NCBI GenBank assembly: GCA_950097015.1 | Contig: CATNEN010000003.1 | Location: 5,456,001 to 5,520,000, forward strand | Source: Macrostomum hystrix | Lineage: Eukaryota > Animalia > Platyhelminthes | Length of the DNA stretch: 64,000 nucleotides | Direction: 5' to 3' | Shown here: in pieces, positions 48,216-59,084 of the stretch | How positions within the stretch are numbered: position 1 is the first letter of the stretch | Layout of the letters: the number at the start of each line of letters is the position of its first letter | The notes under the pieces: model-generated | What the model was told of the DNA's origin: nothing | Database searches by the model: none | What the model saw: only the letters and a program-made list of their open reading frames with translations | Translations under genes and position numbers: made by a program

Positions 48216-48952
48216 ATGAGAATGTAGAGAAGATAGAGAGTAGCGGTAGGTTACAATGAGATGGAATGACTTGGAATGAGTGAAATAGAGGGACAGGATG
48301 ATGGCTGGCTACTGTGACTAGCTTGCCAAGGGAGAATGACAAAGAAAAATAAAATTCAATGTGTCAGTGTTTTGGTTTTCTATGCCAGATAATAAGACTT
48401 AGCTACTGTTGAACTATTGAGATGGGAATTATTTCTGCAGTGGCCTGGGGGGAGGAATAGACCAAACATAGACCAGTTATACATGTAGATGAATACAAAC
48501 AACTTGGAAACAGATGGCCATATATGCGTGACAGTCAGCAGAACCACATTCAGCATCTCTATGCTCATGCTCAGCTTCCGAACCCAATCTCTTTTGATTC
48601 TTGAACTCAAGATACAAACAGATTTGGGAGGCGAGAGGAAGCAACAGCAGCAGCAGCAGCAGCAGCAACAGGCCAGTGACATCTTGCTACGTATTAGCGT
48701 GTAGAATAATGCTTTGGCTTATCTGTCAAAAAACTTGTCTAGCAAACCACCGGGCTTGCAATGCAGGATTTTCCTGAATCTGTTTGTGATTTTTCGGCCT
48801 TCTCTGCTTCTGTTCACTTGATGGCATGGATTATTGGGATATAAACATACACATGAATTATCCCCATCCTGATTGTTCGACTGTCAAATTTCATTTTTTA
48901 TCTTATGTTCTGCCTGCCTCTTTCTCTTTCACTCATCTCTCATCATCTCTTC

Positions 48953-49262
48953 ACCTCTCCTCTGCTATCCTCTCCTCGCATCTCCTCTCCTCTTCTCTCC
49001 TCTCCTCTCCTCTCCTCTCCTCTCCTCTCCTCTCCTCTCCTCTCCTCTCCTCTCCTCTCCACTTCTCGCCTCTCCTCTCCTCTCCTCTCCTCTCCTCTCC
49101 TCTCCTCTCCTCTCCTCTCCTCTCCTCTCCACTTCTCGCCTCTCCTCTCCTCTCCTCTCCTCTCCTCTCCTCTCCTCTCCTCTCCACTTCTCGCCTCTCC
49201 TCTCCTCTCCTCTCCTCTCCTCTCCTCTCCACTTCTCGCCTCTCCTCTCCTCTCCTCTCCTC
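48953..49262. repeat. (CTCCT)n pentanucleotide repeat
   Basis: Read directly. Confidence 0.95.
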
Positions 49263-50237
49263 TGCTCTTCCCCTCTTTCCTCTTCTCCCCTACTAGTTTG
49301 TTGCTAGCTCGTGTTTTGAAGATCTGTTTGTCAAATGTAAGTACATAATCCAGCCAGCTTTGATGTAGTCTCATCCAAACCACCCAGTTGAGCAGTCCAT
49401 TGACTACTCAAATCAAAGCCCGTGTCAAAAAATTGCATAGAAGTGTGCCAAACATAATCTTGGATTGTTTCGCCTGGATAAAATCAAGGCGAATAGCTCG
49501 CATATTTTTCTACGAAACAAATATATATTTCTAGCGATGCATGTCTCTCTGACAGAGATCTTCTAGGTGCTGAATAGCTCTGATCTTATCCCTTTTACAC
49601 TTCCTGATCACTAGAAGAAGAAATTGAAAAGTGATACAATTCTCAAGGCAGGAGGTGCTCAAATAATTCAAAAAGATTTTCCGGATTCTGCGGGTACCAT
49701 TTGCTCCAATGCAGCTAGCTAGCTCTGACTTCCTGTCTGCAGATTCCGAAAAGACAGCTCCAACATTGAAAATGTAGACAAGATAAGCTAGGTTTAGACA
49801 AGATGCCTTTGAAAATGACAATTTTTTACCTTCCTCCCTTGCAGTCGATGCAATTACTCCACCCTTTAAGGTGTCAAATTTCGAATGGCTGCTGCGGCTG
49901 CTGTTGCTGATGATGACGATGATGCTGAGGTTTGTATAGAAGGGAAGGAAGGATGTGGGAGGTTGGAGGAATTACTTAATTTGTAATATTTCCTCAGAAC
50001 CGTCGATCCTCAAAGTCGATCAAGTTGCAATTTTTTAATATGAAATATGTATTAAATTTGAAGTGCTCAAAAATTTTTCTATTTTTAATTTGCCTACTTT
50101 TAGTAGCAAAGAAAACTTATTCTGCATTTTCTAAGCTAAAATAGTTTTAACCGACAAAGGCGTCCTAGTTTAAGAATACATCCAGGGTTCAAAGATGGCG
50201 GACTTTACGAAAAATTGTTCCTTACAAAAACATTATG

Positions 50238-51060
50238 GTGTCACTTTTTCACAATGTCACTCTTTCCCAATGTCACTCTTTCCCAATGTCACTCTTTCCC
50301 AATGTCACTCTTTCCCAATGTCACTTTTTCCCAATGTCACTCTTTCCCAATTTCACTCTTTCCCAATGTCACTTTTTCCCAATGACACTCTTTCCCAATG
50401 TCACTTTTTCCCAATGTCACTCTCTCCTCTCCTCTCCTCTCCTTCCCAATGTCCCTTATTCCCAATGTCACTCTTTCCCAATGCCAAACATTCCCTATGT
50501 CACTCTCTACCAATGTCACTCTTTCCCAATGTCACTCTTTCCCAATGTCACTTTTTCCCAATGTCACTCTCTCCTCTCCTCTCCTCTCCTTCCCAATGTC
50601 CCTCTTTCCCAATGTCACTCTTTCCCAATGTCACTCTTTCCCAATGTCACTTTTTTCCCAATGTCACTCTCTCCTCTCCTCTCCTCTCCTTCTCAATGTC
50701 CTTCTTTCCCAATGTCACTCTTTCCCAATGTCACTCTTTCCCAATGTCACTCTTTCCCAATGTCACTCTTTCCCAATGTCACTCTTTCCCCGTGTCACTA
50801 TTTCCAAATGTCACTCTTTCCCAATGTCACTCTTTCCCAATGTCACTCTTTCCCAATGTCACTCTTTCCCAATGTCACTCCCCGTGTCACTATTTCCCAA
50901 TGTCACTCTTCTCCAATGTCACTCTTTCCCAATGTCACTTTTTTTTCCAATTTCACTCTTTTAAAAATGTCACTCTCAAGAAATTCACTCCAAAAAACAC
51001 ACTATTAAATTGTCAAAAACTCAAAATGTCACTCTCTAAAATGTCACTCTTTCCCAATTT
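50238..51060. repeat. 16-bp minisatellite (TTTCCCAATGTCACTC)
   Basis: Read directly; interrupted by short CTCCT runs. Confidence 0.95.
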
Positions 51061-51437
51061 CATTCTTTTCTGGGTTGTCTTTCTCATTTGTGTCCACTTG
51101 TCTGATGAAGTGTCTCAAATTTACGTTTTAAAGAAACTAACGATGTTTTTATTCTGAAATATGAGGTATTATCTAGACTAATTTCAAATGTAGATCGAAA
51201 TCAACTATATCTATCTATAAATAGTATAATTCTTGAATTTTGTAGCTAAGAATTTATTCTCTCTGAAAAGTGTGAAGCTATCTTGCTCTTATACAAAAGT
51301 AGCAGCGAAAATAGCAGCATCAGCACTTTCGGTACACTGTTCCAGAAGCAATGAAACTTGTATATTCGTAAAATTGTAGATTTTTATCAATTCGAATATT
51401 TTAAGATTTCAAAGTCGCATTCTTGTAAAAAGGAGAA

Positions 51438-52235
51438 GCGACGATTTTGAAGTGGTAGAGTGACGATTGTGAAATGGTAGAGTGACGATTGTGAAATGGT
51501 AGAGTGACGATTTTGAAATGGTAGAGTGACGATTTTGAAATGGTAGAGTGACGATTTTTAGATGGTAGAGTGACGATTTTGAAATGGTAGAGTGACGATT
51601 GTGAAATGGTAGAGTGACGATTTTGAAATGGTAGAGTGACGATTGTGAAATGGTAGAGTGACGATTGTGAAATGGTAGAGTGACGATTTTGAAATGGTAG
51701 AGTGACGATTTCGAAATGGTAGAGTGACGATTGTGAAATGGTAGAGTGACGATTTCGAAATGGTAGAGTGACGATTTTGAAATGGTAGAGTGACGATTTT
51801 GAAATGGTAGAGTGACGATTTTTTAATGGTAGAGTGACGATTTTGAAATGGTAGAGTGACGATTTTTTAATGGTAGAGTGACGATTTTGAAATGGTAGAG
51901 TGACGATTTTTTAATGGTAGAGTGACGATTTTGAAATGGTAGAGTGACGATTGTGAAATGGTAGAGTGACGATTGTGAAATGGTAGAGTGACGATTTTGA
52001 AATGGTAGAGTGACGATTTCGAAATGGTAGAGTGACGATTGTGAAATGGTAGAGTGACGATTTCGAAATGGTAGAGTGACGATTTTGAAATGGTAGAGTG
52101 ACGATTTCGAAATGGTAGAGTGACGATTTTTGATATGTAGAGTGACGATTTTTAAATGGTAGAGTGACGATTTTTAAATGGTAGAGTGACGATTTTGAAA
52201 TGGTAGAGTGATGATTTTGAAATGGTAGAGTGACA
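51438..52235. repeat. 22-bp minisatellite (AAATGGTAGAGTGACGATTTTG)
   Basis: Read directly. Confidence 0.96.
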
Positions 52236-52622
52236 TTGTTGCAACTGAAGAACTAAGATTTAATATTTTATGGTGTTGAAGCGGATATTGTTAATCTGGC
52301 ACGGACCAGCCTTCACAGTAGCAGTCATTGCTGGTCCCGATAGCAAATAAGTATTTTTAAGATTTTAACTTCGCATAAACACATGTTTGTATAACCGGAT
52401 GCTATAAACTGAACTTTATTTCAGACAATTAACTTGCTTCTACAGTTACCGCGAACCAATAAGAACAGATCTCATTGGCTGAATAATTTCTGGCCGTATC
52501 TTGTGCGTTTATCACATCGTCAATTAGAGATTTTATCTGCCATGCCATTTTGTGGCTTCAATGAGAATATGAACTCTTCGAAGCCTATTGTAAGAATTGG
52601 ACTTTGACAAGGCTCGCTCACA

Positions 52623-54283
52623 ATGCAGTATCAGCAGCAGCAGCAGCAGCATCAGCAGCAGCAGCATCAGCCGCAGCAGGACCAGCTTGGATACCAATGT
52701 TCTGCCAACAACGAGAATCAAGTTGCGTCATCAACGTCCATCAACTACTGTCAGCGGAAGACGAACTCGTGTCAGGAGTTCACGAGAGAGCGACTGAGGC
52801 AACATTTGCAGCTCCGACGACCGGCGGAATTCGCCATAGATCATGACACACTCAATACGTGAGCTTGGGGTGGAGTAACTGAGGGATGGAGTGACTGAGG
52901 AATGGAGTGACTGAGAGATGGAGTGACTGAGGAATGGAGTGACTGAGGGATGGATTGAGTGAGGAATGGAGTGACTGAGGAACGGAGTGACTGAGGGATG
53001 GAGTGAGTGAGGGATGGAGTGAGTGAGGGATGGAGTGAGTGAGGGATGGAGTGGTGAGGGATGGAGTAACTGAGGGATGGAATGACTGTAGGATGGAGTG
53101 ACTGAGGGAAAGAGTGAGTGAGGGATGGAGTAACTGAGGGATGGAGTGACGGAGGGATGGAGTGAAAAACGATTCCGCTGCCATCAATGCAGACCCATCC
53201 ACCGGCTGCTGGAGAGACCGGACAGTCAGGCCCATCCCGAGCAGACCGCCGAGACTTTGCACCGGTTGCTAGCCGACCTTGCTTCCGTTGGCTACCTAGA
53301 CAGCTACATCAACCTATCGAACCGATCCGGATGTGTGCGTGCTTTTGACAGTCAGCAAAACTGACTGGGGGATTCTAGTGGGAAAATATATTAATAAGGG
53401 TGAAATTATGAACAGAGTGACATAGGAACAGAGTGACATAGGAACAGAGTGACATAGGAACAGAGTGACATAGGAACAGAGTGACATAGGAACAGAGTGA
53501 CATAGGAACAGAGTGACATAGGAACAGAGTGACATAGGAACAGAGTGACATAGGAACAGAGTGACATAGGAACAGAGTGACATAGGAACAGAGTGACATA
53601 GGAACAGAGTGACATAGGAACAGAGTGACATAGGAACAGAGTGACATAGGAACAGAGTGACATAGGAACAGAGTGACATAGGAACAGAGTGACATAGGAA
53701 CAGAGTGACATAGGAACAGAGTGACATAGGAACAGAGTGACATAGGAACAGAGTGACATAGGAACAGAGTGACATAGGAACAGAGTGACATAGGAACAGA
53801 GTGACTTTGAACCCTAAAATTTAATTCCGGCAGACTCCCCTATCGATCTGCCTTCTAAGTGAGCGTTATTGCGGTCTAATCTCAGTGTTGGTTGCTAACG
53901 GTGCCCAGTTACATCATCTGTGTGGCAACCTCTCTGACCGGTGCAATCATCTGCACTTGGCGATGGCCAAAGCTTCGCCTAGAACAATCGACTGCACCCT
54001 AGATGAGGTGTTTCGTAACTACCCGTCCGGCGCGGACGGCATGTACGCGCAGAATCGACGCGGTGAGACGCCGAAAGCAGCGCTAATTCGACGACTTGAA
54101 GATGCCGGTTCTTGGCGAGAGCCACAGCTGGCGGCACAGCTGGAACCGATCCTGGAGCGTATACCAGCCTATCCACCGTACTGCGGCCTGACCGCAGGAT
54201 CGCATCGTCCTCAGTTTCAACCGGCATTGGCTGCCAGATTTCATCACCTAACCGCCGCTATAGACATCTGCAGTGGCCGCTGA
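52623..54283 (+). CDS. Small ankyrin-repeat protein with N-terminal polyQ, 3 exons (52623-52858, 53193-53334, 53834-54283), ~275 aa
   Basis: Phase-consistent junctions AC|gtgag...tgcag|A and TGT|gtgcgt...ggcag|ACT rebuild ankyrin motifs across both introns: LNTPIHRLL, INLSNRSGCTPLSICL...LISVLVANGA, NHLHLA, QNRRGETP. Start codon uncertain. Confidence 0.75.
52868..53166. repeat. 16-bp minisatellite (GGAGTGACTGAGGGAT)
   Basis: Fills ankyrin-gene intron 1. Confidence 0.93.
53411..53805. repeat. Perfect 16-bp minisatellite (AACAGAGTGACATAGG), ~24 copies
   Basis: Fills ankyrin-gene intron 2. Confidence 0.97.
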
Positions 54284-54464
54284 AACTGAAAAATTATTGC
54301 TTTTGATAGGTCATGGATTTTGGATTGAGAGTTTGGGATTCTAAGGATGAGGATAAGATTCTTTGAATTTTAATCTGGTTCCCAGAAAACGGATCAGAAT
54401 TTAGGAATCTAAATCTGATTTTAAGAATGGGATTCATGTTCAAATAATGAGAATAAAATTCAAA

Positions 54465-56730
54465 GAATCTAAGAATGAGATCAGATTCTAAGAATGTGGG
54501 TACGATTCTAAGAATGAGATCTATTCTAAGAATGTCGTCCGATTCTAAGAATTTGGATTAGATTCTAAGAATGAGATCAGATTCTAAGAATTTCGTCCGA
54601 TTTTAAGAATTAGGATTAGATTCTAAGAATGTGGATCAGATTCTAAGAATGTGGATCAGATTCTAAAAATGTGGGTCAGATTAAAAAAATGGGGATCAGG
54701 TTCTAAGAATGGGGATCAGATTCTAAGAATGCGGATCAGATTCTAAGAATGTCGTCAGATTCTAAGAATGTCGTCAGATTCTAAGAATGTCGTCAGATTC
54801 TAAGAATGAGATCTATTCTAAGAATGTCGTCCGATTCTAAGAATTGGGATTAGATTCTAAGAATGTGAGTACGATTCTAAGAATGAGATCTATTCTAAGA
54901 ATGAGATCTATTCTAAGAATGTCGTCCGATTCTAAGAATTGGGATTAGATTCTAAGAATGTGAGTACGATTCTAAGAATGAGATCTATTCTAAGAATGTC
55001 GTCCGATTCTAAGAATTGGGATTAGATTCTAAGAATGTGAGTACGATTCTAAGAATGAGATCTATTCTAAGAATGTCGTCAGATTCTAAGAATTGGGATT
55101 AGATTCTAAGAATGAGATCAGATTCTAAGAATTTCGTCCGATTTTAAGAATTAGGATTAGATTCTAAGAATGTGGATCAGATTCTAAAAATGTGGGTCAG
55201 ATTAAAAAAATGGGGATCACGTTCTAAGAATGGGGATCAGATTCTAAGAATGTCGTCAGATTCTAAGAATGTGAATCAGGTTCTAAGAATGTGGATCAGA
55301 TTCTAAAGATGTGGATCAGATTAAAAAATGTGGATCAGATTAAAAAAATGGGGATCAGATTCTAAGAATGCGGATCAGATTCTAAGAATGTCGTCAGATT
55401 CTAAGAATGTCGTCAGATTCTAAGAATGTCGTCAGATTCTAAGAATGAGATCTATTCTAAGAATGTCGTCCGATTCTAAGAATTGGGATTAGATTCTAAG
55501 AATGTGAGTACGATTCTAAGAATGAGATCTATTCTAAGAATGTCGTCCGATTCTAAGAATTGGGATTAGATTCTAAGAATGTGAGTACGATTCTAAGAAT
55601 GAGATCTATTCTAAGAATGTCGTCCGATTCTAAGAATTGGGATTAGATTCTAAGAATGAGATCAGATTCTAAGAATTTCGTCCGATTTTAAGAATTAGGA
55701 TTAGATTCTAAGAATGTGGATCAGATTCTAAAAATGTGGGTCAGATTAAAAAAATGGGGATCACGTTCTAAGAATGGGGATCAGATTCTAAGAATGTCGT
55801 CAGATTCTAAGAATGTGAATCAGGTTCTAAGAATGTGGATCAGATTCTAAGAATGGATATCAGTTTCTAAGAATGGGGATCAAATTCTAAGAATGAGGAT
55901 CAGATTCTAAGAATGCGGATCAGATTCTAAGAATGTAGACCAGATTCTAAGAATGTGGATCAGATTCTAAAAATGTGGGTCAGATTCTAGAAATGTGGGT
56001 CACATTCTGAGAACGGAAATCTGATTCTAAGAATGTCGTCAGATTCTAAAAATGCCGTCAGATTTTAAGAATGTGAATCAGATTCTAAGAATGAGGACCA
56101 GATTAAAAAAATAGGGATCAAATTCTAAGAATGCGGAGCAGATTCTAAGAATGTAGATCAGATTCTAAGAATGTAGATCAGATTCTAAGAATGTAGATCA
56201 GATTCTAAAAATGTGGGTCAGATTCAAAAAATGTGGGTCAGATTCTAGAAATGTGGGTCACATTCTGAGAACGGAAATCTGATTCTAAGAATGTCGTCAG
56301 ATTCTAAAAATGCCGTCAGATTTTAAGAATGTGAATCAGATTCTAAGAATGAGGACCAGATTAAAAAAATAGGGATCAAATTCTAAGAATGCGGAACAGA
56401 TTCTAAGAATGTAGATCAGATTCTAAGAATGTAGATCAGATTCTAAAAATGTGGGTCAGATTCAAAGAATGGGGATCAAATTCTAAGAATGGGGATCAGA
56501 TTCTAAGAATGCGGATCAGATTCTAAGAATGCGGATCAGATTCTAAGAATGCGGATCAGATACTAAAAGTGGAGATCAGTTTCTAAGAATGTGGGTCAGA
56601 TTCTAAGAATGTGGATCAGATTCTAAAAATGTGGGTCAGATTCAAAGAATGGGGATCAGATTCTAAGAATGGATATCAGTTTCTAAGAATGGGGATCAAA
56701 TTCTAAAAATAGTAGATCAGATTCTAGGGA
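54465..56730. repeat. ~20-bp satellite (GATCAGATTCTAAGAATGTG) with higher-order duplications
   Basis: Conserved ATTCTAAGAAT core with variable linkers. Confidence 0.96.
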
Positions 56731-57456
56731 TGGGATTCAGATACCAAGCATTGGGATTAGATTGTCTGAATCAGAATCAGACTAAAGCAATCGGGATTTG
56801 GTTCTGAGAATGGGAATAGGATATTTAGAATGGGATCTATATTTGAGAGGTTTACATATTTAGGAAATGCAAGAGCAGAAAAAATGTTTGTAAAAAAATA
56901 GACAAAATCACAATCTCGTATCAATAAAAATGTTAACCAGTTACGTTTTCATTTTCATAAATTAATATTCTATCCTAGGAATTGAACTTCAGCTTCGGAT
57001 TGACAATATAAGCAAGCCCAAGTATATAAGGAATTAATATTTTAGAAAGCATGGATAAATCGCAATTTTTTCGAATTTCGTCAGCCACTTGTTCAGTGAA
57101 GTGTTTAGTTGCAAGCTCTTTGCCAGACACTGAAGCATTGGCAATCATTGAAATTAATTTTTTTCTATACTGAAAATGTTTTTCCATCGTTAGCAATTTG
57201 TTTGAATTGTATTACATTTTCGACTAAAGTTGAAAATAAATTTACACCTAATTAAATACTAATGTAAGTATATGCACTTGTACGCTCGTAGGTGGAAGAA
57301 TTTAACATGAGGTTTACTATTTTTTCAATCCTTAACACTCAAAACTAACATGAGTCTTCTAGTACGAGAGACAATTTTGTTATAGTAAGAGTCGAAATTA
57401 TGGATTCAGAAGAGTGTGAATCCATAAGCTTCACTTCAGTGAATTGCTAAAATAAT

Positions 57457-58190
57457 AGAGTGGCGCTTGGTGGGGTGACGCAGTTAAAATGGTAGAGTGA
57501 CGCAGTTAAAATGGTAGAGTAACGCTGTTAAAATGGTAGAGTGACGCAGTTAAAATGGTAGAGTGACGCAGTTAAAATGGTAGAGTGACGCTTGGTGGGG
57601 TGACGCAGTTGAAATGGTAGAGTGACGCTGTTAAAATGGTAGAGTGACGCTGTTAAAATGGTAGAGTAACGCTGTTAAAATGGTAGAGTGACGCTGTTAA
57701 AATGGTAGCGTAACGCTGTTAAAATGGTAGAGTGACGCTGTTAAAATGGTATAGTGACGCTGTTAAAATGGTAGAGTGACGCTGCTAAAATGGTAGAGTG
57801 ACGCTGTTAAAATGGTAGAGTAACGCTGTTAAAATGGTAGAGTGACGCAGTTAAAATGGTAGAGTGACGCAGTTAAAATGGTAGAGTGACGCTTGGTGGG
57901 GTGACGCAGTTGAAATGGTAGAGTGACGCTGTTAAAATGGTAGAGTGACGCTGTTAAAATGGTAGAGTAACGCTGTTAAAATGGTAGAGTGACGCTGTTA
58001 AAATGGTAGCGTAACGCTGTTAAAATGGTAGAGTGACGCTGTTAAAATGGTATAGTGACGCTGTTAAAATGGTAGAGTGACGCTGCTAAAATGGTAGAGT
58101 GACGCTGTTAAAATGGTAGAGTGACGCCATTTAAATGGTTGAGTAGCGCATTTACAATGGTAGAATAATGCATTTAAAATGGTAGAGTAT
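57457..58190. repeat. 22-bp minisatellite (AAAATGGTAGAGTGACGCTGTT)
   Basis: Shares AAATGGTAGAGTGACG with 51438-52235; contains a ~0.3-kb internal duplication. Confidence 0.96.
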
Positions 58191-59084
58191 TGCATTTACC
58201 AATGCTAAATATCTATAGTCCACAGTGTTTCGCTATTACACAGTTGTTGGTTAAATGCAAATAAGTCTTTAACTTGTACACCTAAAAGATGAAACTAAAA
58301 TGAAATAGATCCATTTACCGCTTTGTGCTTTTTTAATATGCCTGCTTCCAGTCAGATTTTATTTGCTGATCCACAATTTGATGGTCATGATGAGTCTACA
58401 CGCGAGTATAGACTCAAATCGCAGAGTCAAACGGACAGACAGACAGTACAGGCAGCCGGTTAGGACAGAGTTAGTGAGAGGTTGGCAACTGCATACTAGG
58501 AATTCTAAATGAAGCTTAGAATTCACATAAAAATTTAGATAGATGACAATTCAAACAGCGGGCCAGCCATCCGGGCCAGCCATCGAGACTCAAAGCTCTT
58601 TCTCTGTCTGGAAACCGATTCTGGAGTCGATTCATTCCTCTCTGACACAATGCGCTCGATTTTAAACAATTCATTTTTCTATCGGAAGCGAGGATGCTAG
58701 ACATGTTGGATTTTCATAAAAATACGCACGCTTGGCTCTTCATAATAAAATAGGAAAAAGATCGCTAATGCGAAACAAAATAGCAAAAGAGCAAAAGTAC
58801 ATATGCTCTCTCCTTAGAGCAAGGCTCGGTTTTTTAAGCTTTCACGCCTAGAGCATTAAAAAATTAGCCCCAAATCATTTTACTAGACAGCTTGGGGTTG
58901 GCTTTCTGGCCAACCAAAAGGGATCGTTCGTCGCTATCGTGCGATCATTGGACGGCAAGAATTGCGCCACTCAATACCAGATCCCTTAATTGCTAACCGG
59001 AGAGTAGAATCCCATAGAAAAGCATCTGAACAGTTAGTCGATTCCGACCAAAATCTTCGTGCCATTGCAAGGCTGTTCCCGCTG

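Noticed and set aside
48380-48704. Short ORFs around a (CAG)n tract
   Set aside because: No recognisable motif and no splice-phase link to neighbouring genes; may be UTR.
58962-59084. TTG-initiated N-terminal extension of the DEG/ENaC ORF
   Set aside because: The first in-frame ATG at 59085 gives a normal-length cytoplasmic N-terminus; ORF-track starts at 59633 and 61117 are intronic or internal.
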